A stretch of DNA of 64,000 bases, taken from a virus (taxonomy: Duplodnaviria; Caudoviricetes). The notes beneath the pieces were generated by a model that ran no database searches, was not told the origin of the DNA, and worked only from the letters and a program-made list of their open reading frames with translations. Positions 50,478 to 61,086 of the stretch are shown here, in pieces. The position numbers and the translations under genes were made by a program. The stretch lies in the IMG/VR virus record IMGVR_UViG_3300006155_000002. The stretch is one strand, 5' to 3'. The first letter of the stretch is position 1, and every line of letters starts with the position of its first letter.

Positions 50478-50879
50478 TTAGACGACGGTGATGTTGGCCA
50501 TGACCTCGTCGTTCTCGGCCTTGACTGCGGCCAGTGCCTCGTCGATGCCGGCCTCCACCTTGTTCAGGCGGACAACGGCCTTGCCGACCAGCTTGGCGGC
50601 GTAAGCCTTCACATCCTCGACACCAGCGGGAACGGGGATGGTGATGGTGGCCTTCTTCTCTGCATCATGGGTCTCGGAGGCGAACGTCGCGCCGTTCTGG
50701 TTGATGCTGCCGTTGGCAGCGGCGGTCTCCACGCGGAAGATCTCTTCCTTCTTGCCGTTCTCGTCGGTCTCAACCAGACGGAGGGCACGAGGACGATACT
50801 CCTCCAGCGTCTTCAGAGCCTCCAGGCTCTTGCTGCTGGTGACGACAATCGCATCGCCAACAATCGTGATCTTTGCCAT
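50478..50879 (-). CDS. hypothetical protein, first gene of the Ubl operon
   Basis: 133-aa ORF with strong codon bias. Confidence 0.75.
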   Translation of the reverse strand: MAKITIVGDAIVVTSSKSLEALKTLEEYRPRALRLVETDENGKKEEIFRVETAAANGSINQNGATFASETHDAEKKATITIPVPAGVEDVKAYAAKLVGKAVVRLNKVEAGIDEALAAVKAENDEVMANITVV

Positions 50880-50922
50880 ACTGATACATCTTCCTTTCTG
50901 TTCGGGCTCAGCCCATTTATGT

Positions 50923-51014
50923 ATCCCGTTCGCTCACCCTCCAGGACATCTCTAATGTATTGCTCCAGTCGGGTTATCCAGCCTGAACCACGAGGAGGTG
51001 GGACCGCTCAGGCC
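50923..51014 (-). ncRNA. HDV-like self-cleaving ribozyme
   Basis: P1 GGCCTGA/TCAGGCT, P2 GTCCC/GGGAT, P3 with CTCCTC loop, GG for P1.1, GCGAA J4/2. Confidence 0.8.
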
Positions 51015-51035
51015 ATAAGAAAGCCCCGCAGCACT

Positions 51036-51482
51036 TCAACTGCGGGGCATAATGATTTGATTGAAATCTTCAATGGAGATGACAGGAGAATTGCAGGCCA
51101 TGCCTTCTGGGTAATAGTAGAAGACGCAACATGGATAATAGTCATCTACATCTTCCGTTCCAACCTCCAGAACAACCTCTCCAGTCTCCACATCTTCCAT
51201 AACAAGGACATCGCTGCCATATTCGTCGCGTTCCGGTTTCATGTAACAGCGCATTTTCTGAGGGGCAAATGAATTCCTTGGAGGTTCATCGGATATGGTG
51301 AGGTCTCTGCACCTGCTTCTGTATCCATCGTCTGGGTCTTCAACTGCCATGTAGTGAGCACCATCTAAGGTAAACTTTACGAACTGACAGTCCTGATCTC
51401 CTTCCCACTCGTCATACACAGTGATGTATCCGATTTCGACACCAGATAATTCATGAATTCCGGTCAAGTCAGATAATTCCAC
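51036..51482 (-). CDS. phage hypothetical protein
   Basis: EDPDDGYRS, DDYYP motifs. Confidence 0.7.
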   Translation of the reverse strand: MELSDLTGIHELSGVEIGYITVYDEWEGDQDCQFVKFTLDGAHYMAVEDPDDGYRSRCRDLTISDEPPRNSFAPQKMRCYMKPERDEYGSDVLVMEDVETGEVVLEVGTEDVDDYYPCCVFYYYPEGMACNSPVISIEDFNQIIMPRS

Positions 51483-51486
51483 TCGG

Positions 51487-51828
51487 TCACCTCCCAAGAA
51501 TGGCATAGAAGCTTTCGTCTGAGATTTCTTCCTGCTCCTGCTCACCATAGAAAGTGCATTTCTTAAATCTGTTCCAAGGGCTATCATCTGTGCTGGACTT
51601 AGGCCCGCGCTTCACCATGGTCCCCTGAACAAAGTAGCAAAAGTCTTTTTTGTATTTTCTCCAATACCTTTCACCGGTTGGTTTAATACCATTAGGATAT
51701 GTAATACCATAGTCTGCTAAAATTTTGGCAAGTTCTCGCTCTAAATCTTCTTTTGGGCAACTGATGGCAATCTCACATCTGCCAGTTAGCATAGATGTAT
51801 CAAATGGCTCATCCCACATTTGACCCAC
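51487..51828 (-). CDS. hypothetical protein (paralog of 51834-52199)
   Basis: Shared F..SML.GR.E..I.CP and KCTFYG. Confidence 0.7.
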   Translation of the reverse strand: MGQMWDEPFDTSMLTGRCEIAISCPKEDLERELAKILADYGITYPNGIKPTGERYWRKYKKDFCYFVQGTMVKRGPKSSTDDSPWNRFKKCTFYGEQEQEEISDESFYAILGR

Positions 51829-51833
51829 CTCCT

Positions 51834-52199
51834 TTAACTACCCCTCCCCGCGAGGATAATTGCTTCAAAGTCAGTGTCGGAAATTTCAATATCAGGTTCC
51901 GAGCCGTAAAATGTGCATTTTATGCCAGAACGACATCCTGTATTTCCTGAAACTCTGCCGTATGACATATGTTTGGAGAAACTGATATGGTAGCACATAT
52001 CATATTTATATTCACTCCAGTAACTTTTGTACGACACGGGGCGCTCCCCAGTGACCCATTTGACCCCGTTTTCACCAAGAACATCCATCAATTCTTCAGC
52101 CGCTTCGCTTTCTGGGCAATGGATAATAACCTCGTGTCTGCCATCAAGCATAGATGGAGAAAATGGAGCATCGAAGCTATCGCTCAAATCCATTCGCAC
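51834..52199 (-). CDS. hypothetical protein (paralog of 51487-51828)
   Basis: Shared F..SML.GR.E..I.CP and KCTFYG. Confidence 0.7.
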   Translation of the reverse strand: MRMDLSDSFDAPFSPSMLDGRHEVIIHCPESEAAEELMDVLGENGVKWVTGERPVSYKSYWSEYKYDMCYHISFSKHMSYGRVSGNTGCRSGIKCTFYGSEPDIEISDTDFEAIILAGRGS

Positions 52200-52495
52200 T
52201 CACTCCTTTCGATTCGTTCAATATCCATCCTCGCCCCATTGTCCTGCGGAATAGGCAGGAACTTTCCGTAACAATCTGGGTCATAAGGATTTTTATCAAG
52301 ATACCACAGTCCCATGAACACACCGTAGCAACCGACTTTTCGATGCCACATGACTGGACCGCTGTATCCTGACGAACGGAATCGAACGAAATCACCTGTC
52401 ATGATTTCGTTTCGATCACAGTCAAGCAACCCAGTGGGAAGTCCGATGCGTTCTTTCTTGCTTCTTGGGACAGGGATGAAGCGCTTCTTCTCCAC
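52184..52495 (-). CDS. YopX-like phage protein
   Basis: TGLLDCDRNEIMTGDFV. Confidence 0.55.
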   Translation of the reverse strand: MEKKRFIPVPRSKKERIGLPTGLLDCDRNEIMTGDFVRFRSSGYSGPVMWHRKVGCYGVFMGLWYLDKNPYDPDCYGKFLPIPQDNGARMDIERIERSECEWI

Positions 52496-52497
52496 TG

Positions 52498-52914
52498 CTA
52501 TCGAATTTCTTTTTCATCCACAATGACCTCCCAGTTTCCAAAGGAGCCGTGCATAATCAGAGAACCCATGCGGAAATCATCATTGATAACATCACCAACG
52601 GACAGGTTGTCGTAATATTCCTTATCAACCGGAATCTCCAGCGTGATTTCGTTCATCGAGTCCTTGATGTGCTCTTTGATGCTCAGCGTAAAGTGAGATT
52701 GCTTAATGCGGAATGTAACCACATATTTCGCAATCCCGTTTGCTTCTCTTGCATCAAGAATCTCGGCCTCGATAGCGGCCTTCTGCTCCTGTAAAACCGC
52801 TATCTCGTCTCGGAGCTCTGCACGCTCTTGCTCCAAATATTCGTTGCTCTCAGTGCAACTGGGGAGCGCAACGAACATCATAAACAGTACAACAACTGCT
52901 AAAATCTTTTTCAT
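52498..52914 (-). CDS. putative lipoprotein
   Basis: Signal peptide MKKILAVV...LPSC. Confidence 0.6.
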   Translation of the reverse strand: MKKILAVVVLFMMFVALPSCTESNEYLEQERAELRDEIAVLQEQKAAIEAEILDAREANGIAKYVVTFRIKQSHFTLSIKEHIKDSMNEITLEIPVDKEYYDNLSVGDVINDDFRMGSLIMHGSFGNWEVIVDEKEIR

Positions 52915-52940
52915 AACACACCTCACTCAAAAATTTTCCA

Positions 52941-53114
52941 ATATGCGGGTGAGGATTTGCACCTCACATAGAGCCGATTATTGCCAAGCAGAACCGCTGC
53001 GGACAGGACTACTTCGTCCACCGTGATTCAACCACCACCCGCCACGTCAGAGTCGAACTGATGTCTGCTCCTACCTGTACTGTTCATAGCGTCTACCTAT
53101 TCCGCTACCGCATA
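52941..53114 (-). ncRNA. tRNA-like RNA with ~115-nt central insert
   Basis: Acceptor TATGCGG/CCGCATA, D-arm GCGGAATAGGTAGACGC, T-arm GTGAGG-TGCAAAT-CCTCAC. Confidence 0.65.
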
Positions 53115-55283
53115 AAAGGTCTGTTTATTTATAAGGCATCCAACTCGGCTTGGAGCAAGGCCAGCTCATTCTTGATAGCATCAATGATGCCAACGGAGAG
53201 CCGCTCAGAAGCAGACACTTCGTTGTTACACCACCCGTGCGAGGTTCTGATTGTAACTTGAGCATTCTGCTGTTTCGGTGCAACAAAGAAACTGAGCTTG
53301 CCCCAACACTGCTGAGTATCTTTCAGGAACTTGCTGAGCACATCAATTTGCTCGTTAATAAGGTTGGCTTGTTTCAAGTCTTCTTTGGTCACTTCTCCAC
53401 CCTCCTTACTTAATCATTTCGGCCAGTTCCTCGGATGAGATATCGAGGAGTTCAGCGCCGATTGCAAGGAGGAGCGACACTGTTGCCTCGTCGCCCTCGT
53501 TGACGAGAATGAACGATTGGATGGCGTTTACAACATCCTCCGGGAAAAGAACCGTGTTCATGTGACGCACCTCATTTCTTGAATTTGCTATGAAAGGACT
53601 GTTTTATTTGGTTTACCACGGCCAAACTGTGATACAATAGAACAACGCACCTCCAAGGAAGAACCAATCCAGCCGGTCGAGAAACCTTTTATAGCTTGAA
53701 TCATAATCTTCCTTTGCCCAGGATTGAAGCGCCAAATGCAACAGTGAAACAGCCGCAGCGGCGAGGCAATAAATGATAAACAATGTTTTGCTGCTCATTA
53801 CCTTCACCTCAATCTAAAATTATTTGTTGCATAAGAAAAGCGCCGCATCAGCGGCGCCCTTCCAAAACTATGTAGCCAGGGACGAACAAATCTATTGTGG
53901 AAAACACCTTATTGCGCTGGATATCATCGGCTGGGATAAAAGAAATCTCCGTACTAACACAATAAAAGTCTGCATCGTCATTTTCATGGTCAAGTCGCAT
54001 CGAATGAATATCCAACCCCTGCGGAGCTACAACTTTTACCGCATCAATAAGGTTCATGACACCTTTGTCTGGCACATCATCAACCTTGTTTCTTTTACGA
54101 ATAAATCGTACAGTAACTTTACTCTGCATTTATAACACCAACCTTGTATCAGTGGCTCTAAATAACGTCCTCAATTTCAGACTCACAAACAAACGTGCGC
54201 CGAAAACCCATGTCAACAAGGTAAAGGTTTTCATTTATCTTGACAGGCTCTGTGGAGGCAGGAGCGCTATCCACAATTTTGCCAAACTGGCTGAACTTAA
54301 ACTCATCCGTTCCATTCTTGGCTATGCGAACAAACCTAACTTTCACACCATTTGGGAGCAGTTCTTTTCTTTTCATTGAATTTTGCCACTCCCTTCATCA
54401 AGGACCTAAACGAATTGTACCACATCTATTGTTGAGCTGCAATGTATCAAAGAGCTATTTGATTGAATATGTGGGGCAGCGGGAGCGACCCGCCAACCCC
54501 ACACACCCTTTGCAAAGCCCTTGCGCAATCTGATGACTACGCTCGGCACCCGGCGGAAGGAATCGAACCTTCTCAAACCTAACCGGGATATAGATGGGCG
54601 GGCATCGTCCTTCTATGCCCACCCATATAGAAGATATTTTACATCGTGTTTTAAGCTCTTTGGCCAATGCCTCAGCTTATCTAACTCAGGTGCAGAATCT
54701 GTATCAGCCCACAGGCCGTGACCGCTCCAGAAAAGAAGCACCATAGGATTTTTAAGTTTTTGCTCAGCTTGTTTTCTTCGCTGTGGAATTTGCAAATTGT
54801 ATCCAAGACAAAGCAAGCAATGAACATCACATAGAAAATCCTTGACAACATAGAAATGCTCACAAGCGCACCTTCATTTACTTTTTGTCGAAGAACCTGC
54901 GGAAGAACTCAATCATCTCTTCTTCTTCTGGAAAGAACGGGTCGCGGCCAGCGGAAGCCATCTCGCCAAAAACATTCACCATCAACTGACCGAAGCGCCA
55001 GTCAGATGCGTTGCTTGCCCAAATGTCGGCAAGTTCATTGCAGAACTTGTAGATCCTTTTCGGGTCTCTCATGTTACACGCTCCTTTATTCAAACCAGTC
55101 GTTAGTCCATTTGTGATGACGTTTTGTGTCATAGCTCTGGTGGATATCAACAAAGCAAAGCCATCGAATTTCATTGCCCGCCACGACAGGAAGAAATGCG
55201 AACTTCCTTATGACTCGTTCCTCTCCGGCATATGGACGAAAAATCATGTTTGAACTTCTCCCTCTGATATACTGGATTTTTTT

Positions 55284-55359
55284 TGGTGGAGATAGTCGGA
55301 CTCGAACCGGCGACCCTCTGCTTGCAAAGCAGACGCTCTCCCAACTGAGCTATATCCCC
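55284..55359 (-). tRNA. tRNA-Ala(TGC)
   Basis: Cloverleaf, CCA. Confidence 0.93.
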
Positions 55360-55362
55360 GAA

Positions 55363-55436
55363 TGGTGGATCATCAAGGAATCGAACCTTGGCCAGCCGGT
55401 TATGAGCCAGCCGCTCGACCTTCGAGCTAATGATCC
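55363..55436 (-). tRNA. tRNA CAT (Met or Ile2)
   Basis: Cloverleaf, CTCATAA loop, CCA. Confidence 0.88.
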
Positions 55437-55617
55437 ATGGAGCCGGGAGATGGGAATGACCCACCACGCTTCCATCGACGTACCCATGGCATCGACTTCA
55501 GTTTCTGTTCAAACACCCGGCATAGAACCGGCTTTCACGGTTCGTTCTGGAGAGAACGAGCTTGGATTTCACATGGAATTGGCGGCTTTTGAGAGGAGCC
55601 GCCAGAACCTCGAAGTC

Positions 55618-56925
55618 TTACTCCTGGCCCGCCTGATAGCCAGTCTGAGCGGGAGCAGCCGCAGGAGCCTGAAACAGGCCGCCGCCCATCATCTGGCTCA
55701 TCATCAGCATCTTCATCAGACCGCCGCTCTTCCCCTCGCCGTCGTCGTCGCCGGACAGAGCCATCAGCATCAGGGGATTCATGCCGCCGAACAGGCCGCC
55801 AGCCGGAGCCGCAGAAGTTGCCGCAGCATTGCCGCCCATCATGGTCATCATGGCGATGGTGGTGAACAGATCATCCTCGCTGTCGGTGTCGCCCAGCAGC
55901 ATCAGGAACATGGGATTGATACCGTCACCGCCGCGGCCGGTCATCATGGTAAACAGGGAAGTGACCTTGGCATAGGGGCAGTAGCCCATCACGGTGTTGA
56001 TCTCCTTCACCAGGGTGGCGGTACGGCCGCTTTCCAGGGAGACGCCCTTGATGGCGCCGGCCTCGGTGATGTTGGTGACATAGATGTACTTGCCGCCGTT
56101 GAGGACCACGTCGCCGACGTGGACGTCCTTCACGGGCATGACGAAGACCATCTTGTCCAACGCCTCGGAGCCCAGAACCAGATCCATGCAGTTGTTGATG
56201 GACTTGCTCTCGGGATCGTAGAACACATAGTCGCCGTCCTTGCGGCGGTAGGCGATGTCGCCGGAGATGCTCAGGGCGACGGAGCCGTCGTCGATGGTGT
56301 GGGGCATATACTGCTTCAGCATCTTCTTGAAATCAAACTTCATTTTGGAACTCTTCCTTTCAGTTTTAGTTTTGGTATCGAAGGCATCGGACTTCTCAGG
56401 GGTCACAGGGGTTGCGGAGGCACGACTGGTGGGAATACTGGCGCTCTTAGGAACCATGCGATGACCAGACGGCTTAGTGTCGATCCGCCTGCGAACAGGC
56501 TCACCAGCAAAGTCGTTGGCGTGCCAGACCCACATTCCGTCATCCTCGGCGATGGAATAGCCGGGTTCGCTTCCGGGAATATCCACGACGTTCTCGCCAG
56601 TGATGGTGACCTGTGTTCCGGCCAACGCCACCATTGCCGGGGCATGAAGGTCGTCGAGGTCAGACCTCACCAGAACCAGATCACCGACGTGGTACTGCTC
56701 CGCGATGCCGGAGAACATCTGGTCGGTCCAGATGCAGAATTCATCATCCTCTTCGATGAAGTATCCGTTTTCTCCGACGTCGGTAATGGTCACAGTTTCT
56801 CCACGCAGGGCGTCCATGGAACGGACGAAGTTATAACAACTGTGGCCATCATCCATCGCATAGTCGCGCCCAATCACGAGGTCGTCCCGAACCTTTACCA
56901 TGTCCCCTTGTTTGTACTTGGGCAT
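55618..56925 (-). CDS. protein with two SH3/KOW-like repeats and Met/Gly-rich C-terminus
   Basis: Y..GD.V.VR.DL repeated; NPMFLML/NPLMLMAL repeats. Confidence 0.75.
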   Translation of the reverse strand: MPKYKQGDMVKVRDDLVIGRDYAMDDGHSCYNFVRSMDALRGETVTITDVGENGYFIEEDDEFCIWTDQMFSGIAEQYHVGDLVLVRSDLDDLHAPAMVALAGTQVTITGENVVDIPGSEPGYSIAEDDGMWVWHANDFAGEPVRRRIDTKPSGHRMVPKSASIPTSRASATPVTPEKSDAFDTKTKTERKSSKMKFDFKKMLKQYMPHTIDDGSVALSISGDIAYRRKDGDYVFYDPESKSINNCMDLVLGSEALDKMVFVMPVKDVHVGDVVLNGGKYIYVTNITEAGAIKGVSLESGRTATLVKEINTVMGYCPYAKVTSLFTMMTGRGGDGINPMFLMLLGDTDSEDDLFTTIAMMTMMGGNAAATSAAPAGGLFGGMNPLMLMALSGDDDGEGKSGGLMKMLMMSQMMGGGLFQAPAAAPAQTGYQAGQE

Positions 56926-56936
56926 TAACCAAACTC

Positions 56937-58671
56937 CTCGTATAATAAGATTTGCAGAAGAATTTTAAGTGTATCTGCATAGTGCACTCCGTTTGGCCAA
57001 CAGGTTTTAAGATACCCATGATACAATAGCTGTAGGACAGCAGGGTCAAGCTCTCAAACTCCTGGTTGAGCCGCAAGGCTGCTTCATAGAAAGTCCGTCC
57101 CCCTGAGCCGAAAGTTAGCTGCAAACTCATTAGCTGTTTGCCGGGAATGGAGCCGCCCTTTTAGCAGTGAGGGCTATCGCATTGGCGCGCCCCGGAATGA
57201 TTCTAATACGCGAGGTTGCGGATGCTCCGGTTATCATGGGTATCTCAAAGCCTGCTGGTCTGAAATTCCCACACAGGGAGGTGAAAACTGTGAACCCACT
57301 ATTTGTAGGCATTGACGTGAGCAGCAAAAACAATGTTACCTACCTGATGAAGCCGGACGGCAGCAAGCACAGCAGTTTTTCCGTGCAAAACAACCTGGGC
57401 GGTGCTAAACTGATGTCAGAGAAGATTGTGTCGGCGCTGGAGGCCATGCGGCTCAGCGATGTGGTGATTGGCCTGGAGGCTACGTCCATCTATGGGGACG
57501 GCCTGGTCTGTGCCCTCCGAGAAGACGGGCGGCTGGGGCGATATCAGCGGAAGATCCATGTGCTCAATCCCAAGCAGGTCAGGAAATTCAAAGACTCTTA
57601 TCCAGACCTGCCCAAGAATGACTGGGTGGACGCCTTTGTCATCGCCGACCATCTCCGCTTCGGCAGGATCGGCAAGGAGGTCTACATGGACGATTACCGC
57701 TACAAATCCCTGCAAACCCTCACTAGGGCCAGATTTGACGTTGTGCAGAACCTGACACGAGAGAAGCAGCACTTCGCCAATTACCTGTTCCTCAAATGTT
57801 CCGGCATGGCCCAGGACAAGGACATTGCCAATTCCAGCGCCACTACCATTGCGCTGATGGAGCGGTTTGAAACGGCGGACGAACTGGCCTACGCCGATTT
57901 GGATGAGTTGACCAGGTTCATTAGTGAAACCGGGCGCAACTTTGCAGACCCGGCAGCGAAAGCAAAGGCTATCCAAGCCGCTGCCAAAAACTCCTATCGT
58001 CTGCCCACTATGGTGAATTGTTCTGTGAACCAGGCGATGGCTGTTTCTATCGCAACGATGCGAGCCCTGGAAAAGCAGATCAAAATCCTGGACAAATCCA
58101 TTGAGCAGCAGTTTCAAATCATCCCCAACACCCTGACCTCTGTCCCCGGCATCGGAAAGGTCTACTCCGCCGGTATCATTGCCGAGATCGGTGACATCCG
58201 CCGATTTAACTCCCAGGCGTCCGTTGCCAAATACGCCGGCCTTGTTTGGACACAGCACCAGTCCGGCGACTTCGAGGCCCAGCACACCAAACTCATCAAA
58301 TCCGGCAACCGCTATCTCCGTTACTACCTGCTGGAAGCCGCCAACTCTGTGAGAAGATGCGACTCTGAGTTCCGGCGCTACTATGACCTCAAATTCAAGG
58401 AGGTCAATCAGTTCCAGCATAAACGCGCACTCGCTTTAACTGCCAGAAAACTGGTTCGGTTGGTCTATCGGCTGCTGATGGACAACCGCCTATATATCCC
58501 GCCGGAGGGCTGAGCAAGCTGCTCGCTGCTCTGACGAACAGGCCCTGTTTCAAAAATTTGCAGGGACAGGGCCTGGGTTGGTGTTGCCTTTTTTCTGCCT
58601 CCTTAACTCTTTTGGATCAATTTCCTCTGAATTTTTTGTGCATCACCTACTTGACTTCATACCATTAGACT
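56937..58671 (+). mobile_element. IS110-family element, copy 2
   Basis: Identical to copy 1; CT cores. Confidence 0.93.
57290..58513 (+). CDS. IS110 transposase/recombinase
   Basis: Identical to 33676-34899. Confidence 0.95.
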   Translation: MNPLFVGIDVSSKNNVTYLMKPDGSKHSSFSVQNNLGGAKLMSEKIVSALEAMRLSDVVIGLEATSIYGDGLVCALREDGRLGRYQRKIHVLNPKQVRKFKDSYPDLPKNDWVDAFVIADHLRFGRIGKEVYMDDYRYKSLQTLTRARFDVVQNLTREKQHFANYLFLKCSGMAQDKDIANSSATTIALMERFETADELAYADLDELTRFISETGRNFADPAAKAKAIQAAAKNSYRLPTMVNCSVNQAMAVSIATMRALEKQIKILDKSIEQQFQIIPNTLTSVPGIGKVYSAGIIAEIGDIRRFNSQASVAKYAGLVWTQHQSGDFEAQHTKLIKSGNRYLRYYLLEAANSVRRCDSEFRRYYDLKFKEVNQFQHKRALALTARKLVRLVYRLLMDNRLYIPPEG

Positions 58672-59144
58672 TTCCTTTATGTACTTTAGATTGAACGCTC
58701 TTGGTAGAATTGAGCGCTAATCCCATGATGATGGCGTCTTAATTGACGCCATTGAGTTCGTCCAGCGCTTCTTTTATTGTGTCCGCACTGAACTGGAACT
58801 CGCCGTCGAGGAAAACCTCAACGTGTCCACGAACCCACTCAAACTGATACATGAGGCCACCTCACTTTCTGTTTCTGGCGAGTAAAAAAAAACACTGACT
58901 GTCATCAGCCAGTGTACCGTCGTTTCTCTTATACAATGGAACAGAGATTCTTTTTAAGGGTGACACCCCTCAAACCGTTGAAAATCAAGGACTTTTTTAT
59001 CGGTTTGCCACCCTGGTGGTGGCAACGGGTCGCAAAACCGGATGTTGATATAAGCTGGCGGCCCGCCGAAGCAGGCCGCCGCCCGGAAAGGAAATTGCCG
59101 TCTGATGTAACCATACGGCAGCACATGAAAAGCGCCAACGGCGC

Positions 59145-59232
59145 TGGCGTCGGAGGTAGGATTCGAACCCACGGACGGTTTCCCGTCTCCAGTTTTCAGG
59201 ACTGGCGCCATCAGCCTCTCGGCCACTCCGAC
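59145..59232 (-). tRNA. tRNA-Ser(TGA), C33 variant
   Basis: Cloverleaf with long variable arm, loop CCTGAAA, CCA. Confidence 0.85.
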
Positions 59233-59977
59233 TTGTACAGGTGGTTTTGTTAGGCAGAACCACCAAACTGCCGAGCGGGCCGGTATTAACCAGGGAGCGC
59301 TTTTTCGGCTCCCCAAGTTCTTCGTCAAGGTTCCGGCTTAACCTTTCTCGCTCTCTCGGCGGGATTCAGACTGTCCCCGCCCGCCGCCGAATCCCCGGCG
59401 GCGCGGCGGACAAATCAAAGGCAGATATACACATTATCTTTTTCCATTAAGAAATTCTGGGCTGGTCACGCGCTCGATGCAAAACCTTCCCTCCTTTTGA
59501 GGTTCCGTCCGTGCTGTCACAGGTGCCAGTCTCGATCTGGCTGGCAGACGGCACACGCAAGCTGCTCCCGGATACCTTATCTGAGATAATATTCAAGCAC
59601 TCTTAGGCGTCTTCGGAGTGCAGGAATAACAAGGATAAAACCACCGTTTTAGATGGATTTCATGCGCTGGTAGGTATACAAATGTCGTGTTTGTATCCAG
59701 CAATTTTCCCATACTTGGTCATTTGGCGCTGATAGCCACGGAAAACCTTCCGGGCATAATCCAGAACGCCATCAATGCTTACGCAGTTGGGAAAGCTGTA
59801 GACCACAGCGCAGGCAGGGATCACGTCGCTAAAGTAAGCGTCTTGGGTTACGTCATCGACCTTGTTCCAGTCGATAACACTGGCAATCAATTCATCTGCC
59901 ATTTCAAAACCACGGATAGGATCTCCAGGCAGAGCAACAAACGGGTTGGTCATAGGGTTCATTCCTCCCGTTGATTG

Positions 59978-60517
59978 TTATTGGATGATGTCCGGGAGGT
60001 CCGGAAAGTCGTCCCTATTTTCATCCGGGTCACCAAACGGATACTGAATGACTGTCCCGTTCACATTGGTCGGATGCCGGATAGAAAACCCATACTCATC
60101 GCACAAGTGCTCCTCGATCATAGAGGTGATTTCGTCGATCTCCTGGGGAGAAATCCCTGCTTCACATGGATCTGCTTCGAGCAACGTGGAAAGCATATCC
60201 TCAACGGCTCCAGTGATTTCTCGAACCCGCTCATCGTCATCATCCACAATGTTCTCATAGTCCGAGTTGGGATAGATGTACGTTGTGAGAATGGTATCGT
60301 AAGTCCGCTCCGCGTCAATAAAGGAACACGTCGTGACGGCATAAACCTCTTTGCCGTCAACCTCAACGGAAAACGCCGGAAAACCTCGTTCTTCTGTGAG
60401 GTAGACTTCAACGCCCATCTCCTTGTCGCTGGCGATCAAATGGAGATTATCCGCAAGCTCCCTCCTGTTGTCGCAGAAATAATCCCAAAGCTCGTCAACG
60501 GTATAGTTCTTTGCCAC
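59978..60517 (-). CDS. acidic hypothetical protein
   Basis: 179-aa ORF with RBS. Confidence 0.65.
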   Translation of the reverse strand: MAKNYTVDELWDYFCDNRRELADNLHLIASDKEMGVEVYLTEERGFPAFSVEVDGKEVYAVTTCSFIDAERTYDTILTTYIYPNSDYENIVDDDDERVREITGAVEDMLSTLLEADPCEAGISPQEIDEITSMIEEHLCDEYGFSIRHPTNVNGTVIQYPFGDPDENRDDFPDLPDIIQ

Positions 60518-60791
60518 GACCTCACCCCTTTACATAATCCAGATTTTTCGGCTGAACAGGAGAAGAAGGCCAAGCGGAGCGGTAAAGAAAACCGCACCAC
60601 AATCTTCATTGGCGGAACCGCACATCCACAGCAGTAACACAGAAATAATAAGCATAACAACGCCCATCAGCTTCTGTTCGCAAAGCCTTCTGCGATACTC
60701 GTTGCGGGTCCTTTGTGACACAGGTGTCAACCAATAAGATTTGGTCCTGCGCTTACTGGCTTCCATTTCAAATCTCCTCCCATCCGAAATC

Positions 60792-60847
60792 TTCCCACTC
60801 TGCATTTCTCATGCGGGCTTGTGACCGCCAAAGGCTGCATTAAGAAA
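60792..60847 (-). ncRNA. twister ribozyme (type P1)
   Basis: TTTCT-TAA-TGCA-GC...GCGG-TCACAAGC-CCGC...AAA-TGCA-GAGT-GGGAA. Confidence 0.82.
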
Positions 60848-61086
60848 CCGCCCGGGGTAATCTGGCCGGACGGTAACCCACGCTACTGAGGATCGAGTGC
60901 GTGTTGATTAGCTTTTATTGCAGTATTATCAACTATAATCCATATGCAATACTAAACCATTTTGTAATGCGATCCTCAGACCATGGAACGGGGACGCCAC
61001 CCGAACCATCTGCATCTCGGTACTCTTTTCACGATGCAGTATGCCGCGTTAAGCCCGTCGCGGAAAGCTTTGCTGGGGTGTTAAGT

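Noticed and set aside
55174-56928. Long plus-strand ORFs (also 36593-37933, 25303-26376, 28342-29469; minus 33802-34806)
   Set aside because: Antisense shadows of real genes with GC-biased third positions; some overlap tRNAs.
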